Below, in pieces: positions 54,750 through 64,000 of a stretch of DNA of 64,000 nt (position 1 is its first letter; each line of letters begins with the position of its first letter). The notes beneath the pieces are model-generated. The model was not told the origin of the DNA. It did no database searches and worked only from the letters and a program-made list of their open reading frames with translations. The DNA lies in NCBI GenBank assembly GCA_963789715.1, contig CAWBLQ010000004.1, positions 286,367 through 350,366 on the forward strand. The letters run 5' to 3'. Source of the stretch: Candidatus Binataceae bacterium. Its GTDB lineage: Bacteria; Desulfobacterota; Binatia; Binatales; Binataceae. A program made the translations under genes and the position numbers.

Positions 54750-57700
54750 CGATCTTGCCACACCGCTGCGCCGCGGCGCGCAAGCCGTCGCGCTGGAGAT
54801 CGACGGACGCGTCGTAGCCGTGCCCGAAGGGACCTCGGTGATTCGCGCGGCCGCCGAGGCCGGCATCCACGTTCCGAAATTGTGCGCGACGGATTCGCTG
54901 GAACCGTTCGGGTCGTGCCGTTTGTGCCTGGTCGAGATAGACGGCCAGCGCGGCTACCCGGCGTCATGCACCACTCCGGTGCGGGCCGGGATGAAGGTGC
55001 GCACCGAGAGTCCCGCGCTCGCGCGGCTACGGCGCGGCGTGATGGAGCTGTACATTTCCGATCACCCGCTGGACTGCCTGACCTGTCCCGCCAACGGAAA
55101 TTGCGAGCTCCAGGACATGGCGGGCGCGGTGGGCCTGCGCGAAGTGCGCTACCGGAGCGGCGGCGCCAACCATCTGCACGCGGAGAAGGATCAATCGAAT
55201 CCGTATTTCACTTTCGATCCTTCGAAATGCATCGTGTGCTCGCGATGCGTCCGCGCGTGCGAAGAAGTCCAGGGCACTTTCGCACTGACGATCGACGGGC
55301 GCGGATTTTCATCGGTGATTTCGCCGGGACAAAACGGCCGGTTCTCGGCGTCCGAGTGCGTTTCGTGCGGCGCCTGCGTGCAGGCGTGTCCCACGGCGAC
55401 GCTGATGGAAAAATCGGTCGTCGAACTCGGCCAGCCCGATCACAGCGTCGTCACGACCTGCGGCTACTGCGGCGTCGGATGCTCGTTCAGGGCCGAGATG
55501 AAGGGCGACCTGGTCGCGCGAATGGTTCCGAATCCGGACGGGCACGCCAATCACGGCCACTCGTGCGTCAAGGGCCGCTTCGCGTGGGGCTACACGACGC
55601 ATCCGGATCGCGTCACGCGCCCGCTGATTCGCAAGTCGATCGACCAGCCGTGGCGCGAGGTCTCGTGGCGCGACGCGATCGAATACGCCGCGTCGGAGCT
55701 CAAGCGCATCCAGCAACAGCATGGGCGCGGCGCGGTCGGCGCGATTACGTCCTCGCGATGCACCAACGAGGAAACTTTTCTCGTGCAGAAACTGGTGCGC
55801 GCCGCGTTCGGCAACAACAACGTCGACACCTGCGCGCGCGTCTGTCATTCGCCCACCGGCTACGGACTGAAGACCGCGTTCGGCACCTCGGCGACGACCC
55901 AGGATTTCGATTCGGTGATGCAGGCCGACGTGATCATGGTGATCGGCGCCAACGTCACCGAGGGGCATCCGGTGTTCGCGGCGCAGATGAAGCGTCGAAT
56001 CCGGGACGGCGCCAAACTTATCGTCGTCGATCCCCGCGTCACTGAAATCGTGCGGCTGCCGCATGTGCAGGCGTCGTATCACTTGCAGCTCCGGCCCGGC
56101 ACCAACGTCGCGCTGATCAACGCGCTCGCGCACGTGATCGTGACGGAAGGACTCACCGACGAGGCTTTCGCGGCCGCGCGATGCGATCCGCATGAATACG
56201 AGGCGTGGAAGAAGTTCGTCGCGGAGCCGCGCAATTCTCCGGAGTCGACGGAGACGACAACCGGTGTGCCCGCCGACCAGGTTCGCGCGGCGGCGCGCCT
56301 GTATGCCACCGCGCCCAACGGCGCGATCTACTATGGCCTGGGAGTCACCGAGCACAGCCAGGGCAGCACGATGGTGCTGGGCATCGCGAATCTCGCGATG
56401 GCGACCGGCAACATCGGCCGGTCGGGAGTCGGCGTCAATCCTCTGCGCGGCCAGAACAACGTGCAAGGCTCGTGCGACATGGGTTCGTTCCCGCACGAGT
56501 TCAGCGGCTATCGCCACATTTCCGATACTGAGGTGCGCGCGAGTTTCGATGCCGCGTGGGGCGTGCATATCGATCCCGAACCGGGCCTGCGGATTCCCAA
56601 CATGTTCGATGCGGCGCTGGACGGCAGCTTCAAGGGTCTCTACGTACAGGGCGAAGACGTCGCGCAATCCGAGCCGAACGGTCATCACGTCGCGGCGGCG
56701 CTGTGCGCGATGGAATGCGTGGTGGTGCAGGACTTGTTTTTCAACGAGACTGTGAAGTACGCGCACGTCTTTCTGCCCGGCTCGTCGTTCCTCGAAAAAA
56801 ACGGCACCTTCACCAACAGCGAGCGGCGAATCTCGATGGTGCGCAAGGTCGCGGCGCCGCTCGCTGGCAAGGAAGACTGGCAAATTACCTGCGAGCTTGC
56901 GACCGCGCTCGGCTATCCGATGAAGTATTCGCATCCGTCGGAGATCATGGACGAGATAGCGCTGCTGACTCCCACTTTTTCCGGCGTCAGCTACCGGACG
57001 CTCGAGCGGCTCGGCTCCGTCCAATGGCCGTGCAACGACGGCGCGCCCGCCGGCACTCCGACCATGCATGCCGATCACTTCGTGCGCGGCAAAGGCAGGT
57101 TCACGATTACCGAGTATGTACCTACTGAGGAACGCACCAATTCCGAGTATCCTCTGATACTGACTACTGGCCGAATACTTAGTCAATATAATGTTGGTAC
57201 CCAGACGCGGCGCACGCTGAATGCCGCGATGCACGCCGAGGATCGCCTCGAGATACATCCGAGCGACGCCGAACTGCGCGGCATCCGCGACGGCGACTGG
57301 CTCCGGGTGCAGGCGCGCCGTGGCGAGACGCGCTTGCGCGCGCTGCTGACCGAACGCGTCCAGCCCGGGGTCGTGTACACCACGTTCCATCATCCGGAGT
57401 CGCGCACCAACGATTTGATGACCGAGCACTCCGATTGGGCGACCAACTGTCCCGAGTTCAAGGTCACCGCCGTGCAGGTCGCGCCGGAGCGCGGCGGCAA
57501 CGGACGCTCGGAAACATATGCGAAGACTCTGGAAGCTGTTCAAGCTGCTGACGCTATCGATATTCATCATCTCGTCATGATGGCTAACGATATCGGCGCG
57601 TACTTCGCCGGTTATCCGGATCAGGACGAAGCCGTCGAGGGTGTCGCGAACCATCTGCGCAATTTCTGGGAAGCTCGGATGCGCCGCGAGATTGTTGACT

Positions 57701-57804
57701 ACGTGGCCAAGGGCGGCGATGAGCTGAGTCCGCTGGTGCGCGAAGCGGTTGTCTTCATTGCGACCGAGTCCGTCCCCGATTCGGAAGAAGTTGGCGAGGG
57801 ATGA
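54730..57804 (+). CDS. fdsA: NAD-dependent formate dehydrogenase alpha subunit (Cys-ligated Mo) with C-terminally fused delta subunit (FdsD)
   Basis: IPKLC...GSCRLC, HPLDCLTC, CIVCSRCVRAC, CGYCGVGC, HSCVKG, CARVCH and RGQNNVQG. The C-terminal LVMMANDIGAYF...AVEGVANHLRNFWEARMR is FdsD-like. Confidence 0.92.
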   Translation: MRSRSDNDLATPLRRGAQAVALEIDGRVVAVPEGTSVIRAAAEAGIHVPKLCATDSLEPFGSCRLCLVEIDGQRGYPASCTTPVRAGMKVRTESPALARLRRGVMELYISDHPLDCLTCPANGNCELQDMAGAVGLREVRYRSGGANHLHAEKDQSNPYFTFDPSKCIVCSRCVRACEEVQGTFALTIDGRGFSSVISPGQNGRFSASECVSCGACVQACPTATLMEKSVVELGQPDHSVVTTCGYCGVGCSFRAEMKGDLVARMVPNPDGHANHGHSCVKGRFAWGYTTHPDRVTRPLIRKSIDQPWREVSWRDAIEYAASELKRIQQQHGRGAVGAITSSRCTNEETFLVQKLVRAAFGNNNVDTCARVCHSPTGYGLKTAFGTSATTQDFDSVMQADVIMVIGANVTEGHPVFAAQMKRRIRDGAKLIVVDPRVTEIVRLPHVQASYHLQLRPGTNVALINALAHVIVTEGLTDEAFAAARCDPHEYEAWKKFVAEPRNSPESTETTTGVPADQVRAAARLYATAPNGAIYYGLGVTEHSQGSTMVLGIANLAMATGNIGRSGVGVNPLRGQNNVQGSCDMGSFPHEFSGYRHISDTEVRASFDAAWGVHIDPEPGLRIPNMFDAALDGSFKGLYVQGEDVAQSEPNGHHVAAALCAMECVVVQDLFFNETVKYAHVFLPGSSFLEKNGTFTNSERRISMVRKVAAPLAGKEDWQITCELATALGYPMKYSHPSEIMDEIALLTPTFSGVSYRTLERLGSVQWPCNDGAPAGTPTMHADHFVRGKGRFTITEYVPTEERTNSEYPLILTTGRILSQYNVGTQTRRTLNAAMHAEDRLEIHPSDAELRGIRDGDWLRVQARRGETRLRALLTERVQPGVVYTTFHHPESRTNDLMTEHSDWATNCPEFKVTAVQVAPERGGNGRSETYAKTLEAVQAADAIDIHHLVMMANDIGAYFAGYPDQDEAVEGVANHLRNFWEARMRREIVDYVAKGGDELSPLVREAVVFIATESVPDSEEVGEG

Positions 57805-58664
57805 AAACCGATTCCGCACACATCCGGACTGGTGACGATCCGGCCGCGGTCTCTGCCGGCGAAATCCGCGAGCATCGCGCGCTCAGATGGCACGGTGGCA
57901 GGACTTCCGAGCGCATCGAAAAGCTCGCGGTCGAAGAGCCGCTCGAGATTCGGCTCGCCGGCCGCCGTTTCACGCTCACGATGCGCACCCCCGGACACGA
58001 CGAGGAACTGGCCGCCGGCTTTCTGTTTGCCGAGGGTTTCATAGATGACGCGAGCGAGCTCGACGAGATTCGGCGCGTGCGCGGGCGCAAGGGTGCGTTC
58101 GAACCGAACGCCATCGACGTCATTCTGAACGTGCCCGCCGACGGACTGCGAAGCCGCCTCAAGCGCAACTTCGTGATGAGCTCGAGCTGCGGCGTATGCG
58201 GCAAAACCAGCATCGACTCGATTCGGCGCCGCGTCGCACCCGCCTCGGATTCCGCACGCGTCGCGCCGGCCACTCTGCTCGCGCTGTCGGAGCGGCTCCG
58301 CGCCGGCCAACGCGTCTTTGCGGCGACGGGCGGACTCCACGGCGCCGCGATTTTCAGGCTCGACGGTGCGATGCTCGCGATACGCGAGGATGTCGGGCGT
58401 CACAACGCGGTCGACAAAGTGATCGGATACGCGCTGACGAATGCGATGGTCCCGCTGGCGCATCATCTGATGATGGTCAGCGGGCGGCTCAGCTTCGAGA
58501 TCGTGCAGAAGGCCGCGGCAGCCGGCGTGCCGATTCTCGCCGCCGTGTCGGCGCCGTCGTCGCTGGCGGTGGAGCTGGCCGCGGAGCTCGGCACGACGCT
58601 CGTCGGCTTCCTGCGCGACGGCAGCTTCAACATCTACACGCGCCCCGACCGCATCGCGCCGTGA
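57801..58664 (+). CDS. fdhD: Formate dehydrogenase accessory sulfurtransferase (FdhD/FdsC)
   Basis: VEEPLEI, MRTPG, SSSCGVCGK, TGGLHGAA, EDVGRHNAVDK and SGRLSFEIVQKA. Confidence 0.95.
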   Translation: MKTDSAHIRTGDDPAAVSAGEIREHRALRWHGGRTSERIEKLAVEEPLEIRLAGRRFTLTMRTPGHDEELAAGFLFAEGFIDDASELDEIRRVRGRKGAFEPNAIDVILNVPADGLRSRLKRNFVMSSSCGVCGKTSIDSIRRRVAPASDSARVAPATLLALSERLRAGQRVFAATGGLHGAAIFRLDGAMLAIREDVGRHNAVDKVIGYALTNAMVPLAHHLMMVSGRLSFEIVQKAAAAGVPILAAVSAPSSLAVELAAELGTTLVGFLRDGSFNIYTRPDRIAP

Positions 58665-59488
58665 CGCCTTCCCGCCCAGTGAGCGAAACCGCCAAGTACG
58701 ACCTGACTCTTTACGAAGGGACCGCGTGGTACTACTCGCGGTGTCGTCCAGTGTATCCGCCGTCGCTCGTCCGAATTCTTCGCGAGCGATTTCGACTCGA
58801 CGGCACAGGCAGGCTGCTCGATCTTGGCTGCGGCCCCGGTCCCGTCGCGCTTGCGCTCGCGCATCTCTTCGACCAAGTCGTCGCGATGGATCCCGATGAT
58901 GCGATGCGTGCCGAGGGCGAGCGCATTGCACGCGAACGCGGCGTCAGCAACATCGAGTGGCGCTTCGGCGGCTCGAAAGACCTGTCGCCCGCGCTCGGAC
59001 AGTTCCGCCTCGTCACGATGGGCAACTCGTTCCATTGGATGGATCGAGCGCGCACGCTCGAAGCGCTCTACGATCTCGTGACGGACGGCGGCGGCATCGC
59101 GGTGGTGGGCGAGGGCGCCCCAATTCCTCCTCCGCCCATGACGCCGTGGCGCGCCGCGATCAACACGGTGCTCAAACGCTACCTCGGCCATCGGCTGCTG
59201 CCCTGGGAGCGCCAGGGTCCGTCGCCCGAGGACCTCCACGAGGCACACATCGCCCGTTCGCGTTTCAGAGATCTCGCGAGCTACCAGGAATCCTTCGACA
59301 TCGAATGGACCATCGACTCGATGATCGGAAATCTCTACTCGACGTCCTTCTGCAGCCGCCGCGTGCTCGGTGACCGCGTCGATGCCTTCGAGCGCGACCT
59401 GCGCGCCGCGATTCTGGCCGTGGAGCCCTCAGGCATTCTAAGAGGAGAACCGCCCGAATTTTTCGCGTATATGGCGTGGAAGCGCTGA
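58661..59488 (+). CDS. Class I SAM-dependent methyltransferase
   Basis: GTGA overlap with the fdhD stop. LLDLGCGPG, VVAMDP and FRLVTMGNSFHWMDR. Confidence 0.88.
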   Translation: MTPSRPVSETAKYDLTLYEGTAWYYSRCRPVYPPSLVRILRERFRLDGTGRLLDLGCGPGPVALALAHLFDQVVAMDPDDAMRAEGERIARERGVSNIEWRFGGSKDLSPALGQFRLVTMGNSFHWMDRARTLEALYDLVTDGGGIAVVGEGAPIPPPPMTPWRAAINTVLKRYLGHRLLPWERQGPSPEDLHEAHIARSRFRDLASYQESFDIEWTIDSMIGNLYSTSFCSRRVLGDRVDAFERDLRAAILAVEPSGILRGEPPEFFAYMAWKR

Positions 59489-59566
59489 ATACCAGCGCCT
59501 TCGCCGCTCCTCTTGAGCGCGCTATCCACCGGGCGATACTCTGTATGATCATGTCGGAGCTGGCGA

Positions 59567-61324
59567 ATGTATCCGCGTAAGCGCGCGCTCGAGCGTATCG
59601 CGCGCGAGAAAGTGCTCTACCCGCGCCAGCCTGGCGGCGACATTTCGGTCTGCGTCATCTATCCAAACACCTACCGGCTCGGGATGGCCAACTTGGGCTT
59701 CCAGGCCGTGTTCCACATCTTCGAATCCGATCGATCGGTCGCCGCCGATCGCGCATTCCTGCCCGACGCCGACGAACGCGACACCTTCCGCGCCGGCGCC
59801 GAGCGCCTGGTCTCGTTCGAGCGCGGCCGCCCGCTCTCCGACTTCGACATCCTCGCTTTTTCGATTTCCTTCGAGACCGACTATCTGAACGTCTTGGGCG
59901 TTTTGCGGATGGCCGGGATTCCGGCTCGCCGCGCCGACCGCGCCGGCCGCAATTTTCCGTTGATCATCGCCGGCGGCTCCGCCGTGTTTCTCAATCCCGA
60001 ACCAATCGCCGATTTCATCGATCTGTTTCTGATTGGCGAAGGCGAGGAGATGGTTCCGGAGTTCATCGCGCGCTGGGATGAGACCCGCGGATCGCCCAAT
60101 CAACTGCGCGAGCTCGCCGCCGTCCAGGGCGCTTATCTGCCCGACTTTTACAGCCCGGTTTACGACGACAGCGGCCGCCTCGCCGCGGTGAACTACAGCG
60201 GCCCCGGCGCCGCGCAGGTGAATCGCCGCCTGATTCGCGATCTCAACCGCTTCACGACCTCGTCGCTGATTCTCACCGAGGAATCGGTCTTCGGCGACAT
60301 GTTCCTGGTCGAGGCGAGTCGCGGATGCCAATGGGGATGCCGCTTCTGCGCGGCCGGTTTCATGTATCGCCCGATTCGTTACCGCGCGCCCGAAACTCTG
60401 ATCGCCGAGGCCGAGCGCGGGCTGGGCGAGCGTAAGGTGATTGGGCTGGTCGGCGCCGAGATGGCGAGCGTGCCTGGCGTCGCCGGCATCGCGTCGGCGG
60501 TCGCGGATCGCGGCGGTCGGCTGTCGCCGTCGTCGCTGAAGGCCGATTGCATTTCGCCCGCGCTCGCGTCCGCGCTGGCGCGGGGCGGAAATCAGAGCGT
60601 GACCGTCGCTCCCGAGGCCGGCAGCGAGCGGATGCGCAAAGTCATCAACAAAAATCTTACCGAGGCCGAGATTCTCGGCGCGGCCGAGATGATGCTGGGC
60701 GAAGGCGTCGGCAACCTGAAATTTTACTTCATGATCGGCTTGCCCGAGGAGCGCGACGAAGACGTGCTCGCGATCGCGGAGCTGGTCGCCAAGGTGCTCG
60801 AGCGCGCCCGCGCGCGCCGCACCCGCATCGGCTCGGTGACGGTGTCGCTCAATCCGTTTGTGCCCAAGCCGTGGACGCCGTTTCAATGGGATCCGATGCA
60901 GGACGCGCGATCGATCAAGCGCAAGGTGGCGATGCTGCGCCAGCGCCTGACGCGCCTGGGGCAGGTCGAACTCGACGCGGAGTCGCCGCGCGAAGCGTAT
61001 TTCCAGACGATGGTCTCGCGAGGCGATCGCCGAATTGGCGGCATCCTGGAACGGCTGGAAGCGGCGGGCTGTGAAACTTCGGGACCCATCTGGCACGAGT
61101 TGTCGAAGATTCATCGCGAAGTCCATGCCGGCGAATCGCCATCTTTGCCCGACCCCGATTTTTTCGTCACCCGTCATTACGTCCACGACGAGCTGCTGCC
61201 GTGGGACTTTATCGATCATCACATACACAAATGGTTTCTGATCGCCGAACGGAAGAAGGCGCATCATGAGCATCAGAGCCCGCCGTGCGACGTCGAGCGA
61301 TGCACCGTGTGCGGAGCCTGCTAG
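59567..61324 (+). CDS. Radical SAM protein (uncharacterised, TIGR03960-like N-terminus)
   Basis: YPNTYRLGMANLG, EASRGCQWGCRFC (CxxxCxxC), APEAGSERMR, KFYFMIGLP, FVPKPWTPFQW and C-terminal CDVERCTVCGAC. Confidence 0.88.
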   Translation: MYPRKRALERIAREKVLYPRQPGGDISVCVIYPNTYRLGMANLGFQAVFHIFESDRSVAADRAFLPDADERDTFRAGAERLVSFERGRPLSDFDILAFSISFETDYLNVLGVLRMAGIPARRADRAGRNFPLIIAGGSAVFLNPEPIADFIDLFLIGEGEEMVPEFIARWDETRGSPNQLRELAAVQGAYLPDFYSPVYDDSGRLAAVNYSGPGAAQVNRRLIRDLNRFTTSSLILTEESVFGDMFLVEASRGCQWGCRFCAAGFMYRPIRYRAPETLIAEAERGLGERKVIGLVGAEMASVPGVAGIASAVADRGGRLSPSSLKADCISPALASALARGGNQSVTVAPEAGSERMRKVINKNLTEAEILGAAEMMLGEGVGNLKFYFMIGLPEERDEDVLAIAELVAKVLERARARRTRIGSVTVSLNPFVPKPWTPFQWDPMQDARSIKRKVAMLRQRLTRLGQVELDAESPREAYFQTMVSRGDRRIGGILERLEAAGCETSGPIWHELSKIHREVHAGESPSLPDPDFFVTRHYVHDELLPWDFIDHHIHKWFLIAERKKAHHEHQSPPCDVERCTVCGAC

Positions 61325-61360
61325 AATAGCTGCGTGAGCAGAGGAGGGGAGGAAGGGAAG

Positions 61361-62041
61361 ATGCTTCATCGTAGTTTTCGTTCAGTGCGGGCAGCGGTTC
61401 TGATCGCCGCGGCGGTCGCGATGCTCGCGTGGTCGGCGCCGGTGTTCGCGGCGGGAGCCGGCGACGAAGACGTGCCCTCGACTTCGATCGTCCCCGCGGA
61501 AGGCTCGAGCGGCGGCGCGCCTGTCGGTTCTCCATCCTCAGCGATGCCTCCGCCGGCGCCGGCTGAATCCGGGGTGCTGATCCCTGCCGCGCCGAAAGCA
61601 AAGACCACTTCGCATCATGCGTCGAGAATGAACAGCGTCCGCGAACCGGAAATCGAACCAGCGCAGGCCAGGCTGAAGGTGCTGCAGGCCGCGCCGGTTT
61701 ATTCCGCGCCCGCGAAAAGCAGCAAGCATATCGAGCAGCTGTCGCCGGAGAAATTCGTGATCGTGACGGGCTCCACTCACTACTATCTGCAGGTGAAGCT
61801 CAAAAGCGGACAGATCGGTTACATCGATCCGTCGGCAGTCGAGCTGGTCAGACCGACCGACAAAGTCTTCGTGCTCACGCACGACGCCGGTGTGCTGGAA
61901 AAACCAAATCGATGGTCCAAGAAGCTCGCCGAAGTTCACCAGGGCCACAATGTTCATATCGTCGGCATCGCGCTGGAGTATATGCAAATCCGCATGAAGA
62001 GCGGGCTCGAAGGCTTCATCCCCACTTCCGCGCTCGAATAA
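61361..62041 (+). CDS. Secreted protein with tandem SH3b-like domains
   Basis: Signal peptide (WSAPVFA), Pro/Ser linker, then two repeats ending VKLKSGQIGYI and IRMKSGLEGFI. Confidence 0.75.
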   Translation: MLHRSFRSVRAAVLIAAAVAMLAWSAPVFAAGAGDEDVPSTSIVPAEGSSGGAPVGSPSSAMPPPAPAESGVLIPAAPKAKTTSHHASRMNSVREPEIEPAQARLKVLQAAPVYSAPAKSSKHIEQLSPEKFVIVTGSTHYYLQVKLKSGQIGYIDPSAVELVRPTDKVFVLTHDAGVLEKPNRWSKKLAEVHQGHNVHIVGIALEYMQIRMKSGLEGFIPTSALE

Positions 62042-62134
62042 TCGCCGACACCGCCGGCCGCGCGAGGCGCCGGAGTTTTTCGCGCTCGACGATCCGCCGT
62101 CGTATCGCTATAAGTCTCAGCGAGGGAGCACGTG

Positions 62135-63376
62135 ATGACGCAGCGGGAACGACAGGGTTGGATCATTGTCGCGAGCCTGTTCGTGGTGCTGGTGTTCGTT
62201 TTCGGATCCGGGTACAACACCGGCGGCCTGTTCTTTCCGCATCTGCTGAAATACTTCGGATGGACGCGCACCCAGCTCTCCACCCTGCAGGGCGCCGCGC
62301 TGCCGCTGTCGGCCGGGCTTAGCGCTCCGCTAATCGGCTGGCTGCTCGACCGCGTCGAGGCGCGGGTGGTGATGGTTGCCGGCACCGTGATGACCGGCGT
62401 CTCCTTTCTCATCGCCAGCCGCGTCGATTCATTCGGGCCGCTGTTCGGCGCGTACATACTGCTTGGCGTCGGCATCGGCGCGTCGACGCTGCTGCCGTGC
62501 TCGCTGGTGATCGCCAACTGGTTCGGCGCGCGGCGCGGACTGGCGATGGGCCTGGCGTTCGCGGGAACCTCGCTTGGCGGCGCGGCGATGACGATGGTTG
62601 GGAACTTCGCGATCCAACGCGGCGGCTGGCGCGCCGGATACGTCGCGCTCGCGATCCCGATGTTCGTCATCGTCGTCCCGCTGATCATTTTCGTCGTGAG
62701 GACGCGGCCGCCGCAGGCCGAGGGCGTTAGCGTCGCGCAGGCCAGCGACGCGCTGCCCGGATTCGAACTGCGCGAAGCGTTCCGCTGCCGTTCATTCTGG
62801 ATGATTTCCGCGGCGCAGTTCTTCTTTGCGGCGGTGGCGGCGGGCGCGGGGTTGCACCTGATCAAATATCTCACCGAACTCGGCTACACGGCGTCATTCG
62901 CGGCCGGCATGATGAGCCTGGTGTACGTGTTCGCGGCTTTCGGCAAGCTCGGGATGGGCCTGTTTGCCGATCGCGTGAGCGCAAGAATCGCGCTGACGTT
63001 TAACTTCCTGGCCGCCTGCGTGGGGATGATCCTGATCTTCGGCGTGGCGCGAACCGCCCTGCTGATTCCGTTCGTGCTGATATTTGGACTGTCGCTCGGC
63101 GCGCCGCTGGTGCTGGTTCCGATGCTGGTGGCGGAGTCGCTCGGGCTCAAGCGCTTCGGCTCAATCGGCGGTATCGCGGGCGTCTTCAACACGATCGGCG
63201 CGTTCGTCGGGCCGGTCGGCGCAGGCAAGATTTACGATCTGAGCGGAAGCTACGCGCTCGCCTTCGAAATCTTCGTCGTGATGTGCATCCTCGGCGCTGC
63301 GGTAACACTTTCGTGCCGCTCGCTGGAGACAGAGCAAGCCCGCCAAACCACCGCCCCGATACCCGCCACCGCATAG
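62135..63376 (+). CDS. MFS transporter
   Basis: About 12 TM segments. MFS motif A in both halves: GWLLDRVEAR and GLFADRVSAR. Confidence 0.9.
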   Translation: MTQRERQGWIIVASLFVVLVFVFGSGYNTGGLFFPHLLKYFGWTRTQLSTLQGAALPLSAGLSAPLIGWLLDRVEARVVMVAGTVMTGVSFLIASRVDSFGPLFGAYILLGVGIGASTLLPCSLVIANWFGARRGLAMGLAFAGTSLGGAAMTMVGNFAIQRGGWRAGYVALAIPMFVIVVPLIIFVVRTRPPQAEGVSVAQASDALPGFELREAFRCRSFWMISAAQFFFAAVAAGAGLHLIKYLTELGYTASFAAGMMSLVYVFAAFGKLGMGLFADRVSARIALTFNFLAACVGMILIFGVARTALLIPFVLIFGLSLGAPLVLVPMLVAESLGLKRFGSIGGIAGVFNTIGAFVGPVGAGKIYDLSGSYALAFEIFVVMCILGAAVTLSCRSLETEQARQTTAPIPATA

Positions 63377-63381
63377 CCAGC

Positions 63382-63999
63382 TCATTGGCGCGCGAATGCG
63401 AGGAGCGCGCGGACTTTGGCGCCGATGTCGGGCGCGTTCACTACGTCGGTGATGATTGCGACGGCGTCGGCGCCGGCGGCGAGAACTTCCGGCACGCGAG
63501 CTTCGGTGATCCCGCCGATCGCGACGATGGGAATCCTTACCGCCGCGCGTATCGCGCGAAGGTTGTCGAGCCCCAACCCTGCGGCGTTGTTCCTCAGGCC
63601 GCCGGGATATATCGGTCCGTAGCCGATGTAGTCCGCGCCGCCATCTTCAGCCGCGCGTGCTTGCTCAACGTTGTGGGTCGAGATTCCGATTATTTTGCTT
63701 TCGGTGGGACCGGCGATTCGCCGCGCGGCTTCGAGCGGAAGATCGGTCTGCCCAAGATGCGCTCCGCGCGCGTCGGCAAGAATCGCGATATCGACTCGAT
63801 CGTTGACGATTAGAATCGCACCGTGCTTGCGGCACAGCTTCGCGATCGCGCGGGCGGCGGCCAGAAAATCGCGCCCGGATGCGTCCTGCAGCCGCAGCTG
63901 CATGAGCCGCGCGCCGGCGTCGAGGATGGTCTGGGCCAGCGCGACGGGATCGTGCCCGCCGACGGGATCGACGATCGCGTAGAAATGCGAGGGGAGCCG
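63382..63999 (-). CDS. thiE: Thiamine phosphate synthase, 5'-truncated by the window edge
   Basis: QLRLQ, LIVNDRVDIA, HLGQTD, IGISTHN, DYIGYGPIY and IVAIGGI. The frame stays open to the window end. Confidence 0.94.
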   Translation of the reverse strand, partial: RLPSHFYAIVDPVGGHDPVALAQTILDAGARLMQLRLQDASGRDFLAAARAIAKLCRKHGAILIVNDRVDIAILADARGAHLGQTDLPLEAARRIAGPTESKIIGISTHNVEQARAAEDGGADYIGYGPIYPGGLRNNAAGLGLDNLRAIRAAVRIPIVAIGGITEARVPEVLAAGADAVAIITDVVNAPDIGAKVRALLAFARQ

Positions 64000-64000
64000 C

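Noticed and set aside
55831-55848. Selenocysteine in the formate dehydrogenase active site
   Set aside because: The ligand position in CARVCH is encoded by TGT (Cys) and there is no in-frame TGA in fdsA.
55309-57819. 836-aa minus-strand ORF, plus similar long antisense ORFs at 45645-47555, 49442-51154, 59549-61369, 38870-40054, 29892-31256 and 13177-14397
   Set aside because: Each shadows a motif-rich gene on the opposite strand and has no motifs of its own. Such ORFs are expected from high-GC3 codon bias.
51219-64000. Insertion of the formate dehydrogenase block into a former thiD-thiE operon
   Set aside because: thiD and thiE are on opposite strands and converge, and no junction repeats were seen, so a split operon is not supported.

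Overview
A high-GC bacterial window with about 57 genes. I saw no rRNA, tRNA, CRISPR array or transposase. The lineage cannot be fixed from sequence alone. The left half (1-32 kb) looks accessory: a three-gene minus-strand redox module (tandem cNMP-binding domains fused to a 4x[4Fe-4S] ferredoxin; a di-heme-b type membrane protein; a multiheme cytochrome c fused across the membrane to a circularly permuted thioredoxin-reductase-like flavoprotein), a GMC oxidoreductase, a Tat-exported xanthine-dehydrogenase-family enzyme with its own cytochrome b (FAD subunit frameshifted), a phosphoesterase, a 13-kb glycan-modification locus with three paralogues of an unassigned DxD protein, and an RcnR-type repressor plus operator upstream of a P1B-ATPase with a non-canonical ACG motif. 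The right half (32-64 kb) is mostly housekeeping and metabolism: acpS, acyl-CoA dehydrogenase, sugar-nucleotide enzymes, catalase-like peroxidase, L,D-transpeptidase, UvrD/PcrA, rlmE, thiD, thiE and an NAD-dependent formate dehydrogenase operon with an FdsA-FdsD fusion. Two candidates stand out. (1) A hidden selenoprotein: two ORF-track fragments (33956-34255 and 33446-33859) are one rhodanese/CBS-like gene (33446-34156, minus strand) with an in-frame TGA in a C-x4-U active-site loop, followed immediately by a hairpin fitting the bacterial SECIS model. (2) The putative cyclic-nucleotide-gated NADPH-to-periplasm electron conduit at 475-5639. Motif calls were made by eye and no database searches were run.
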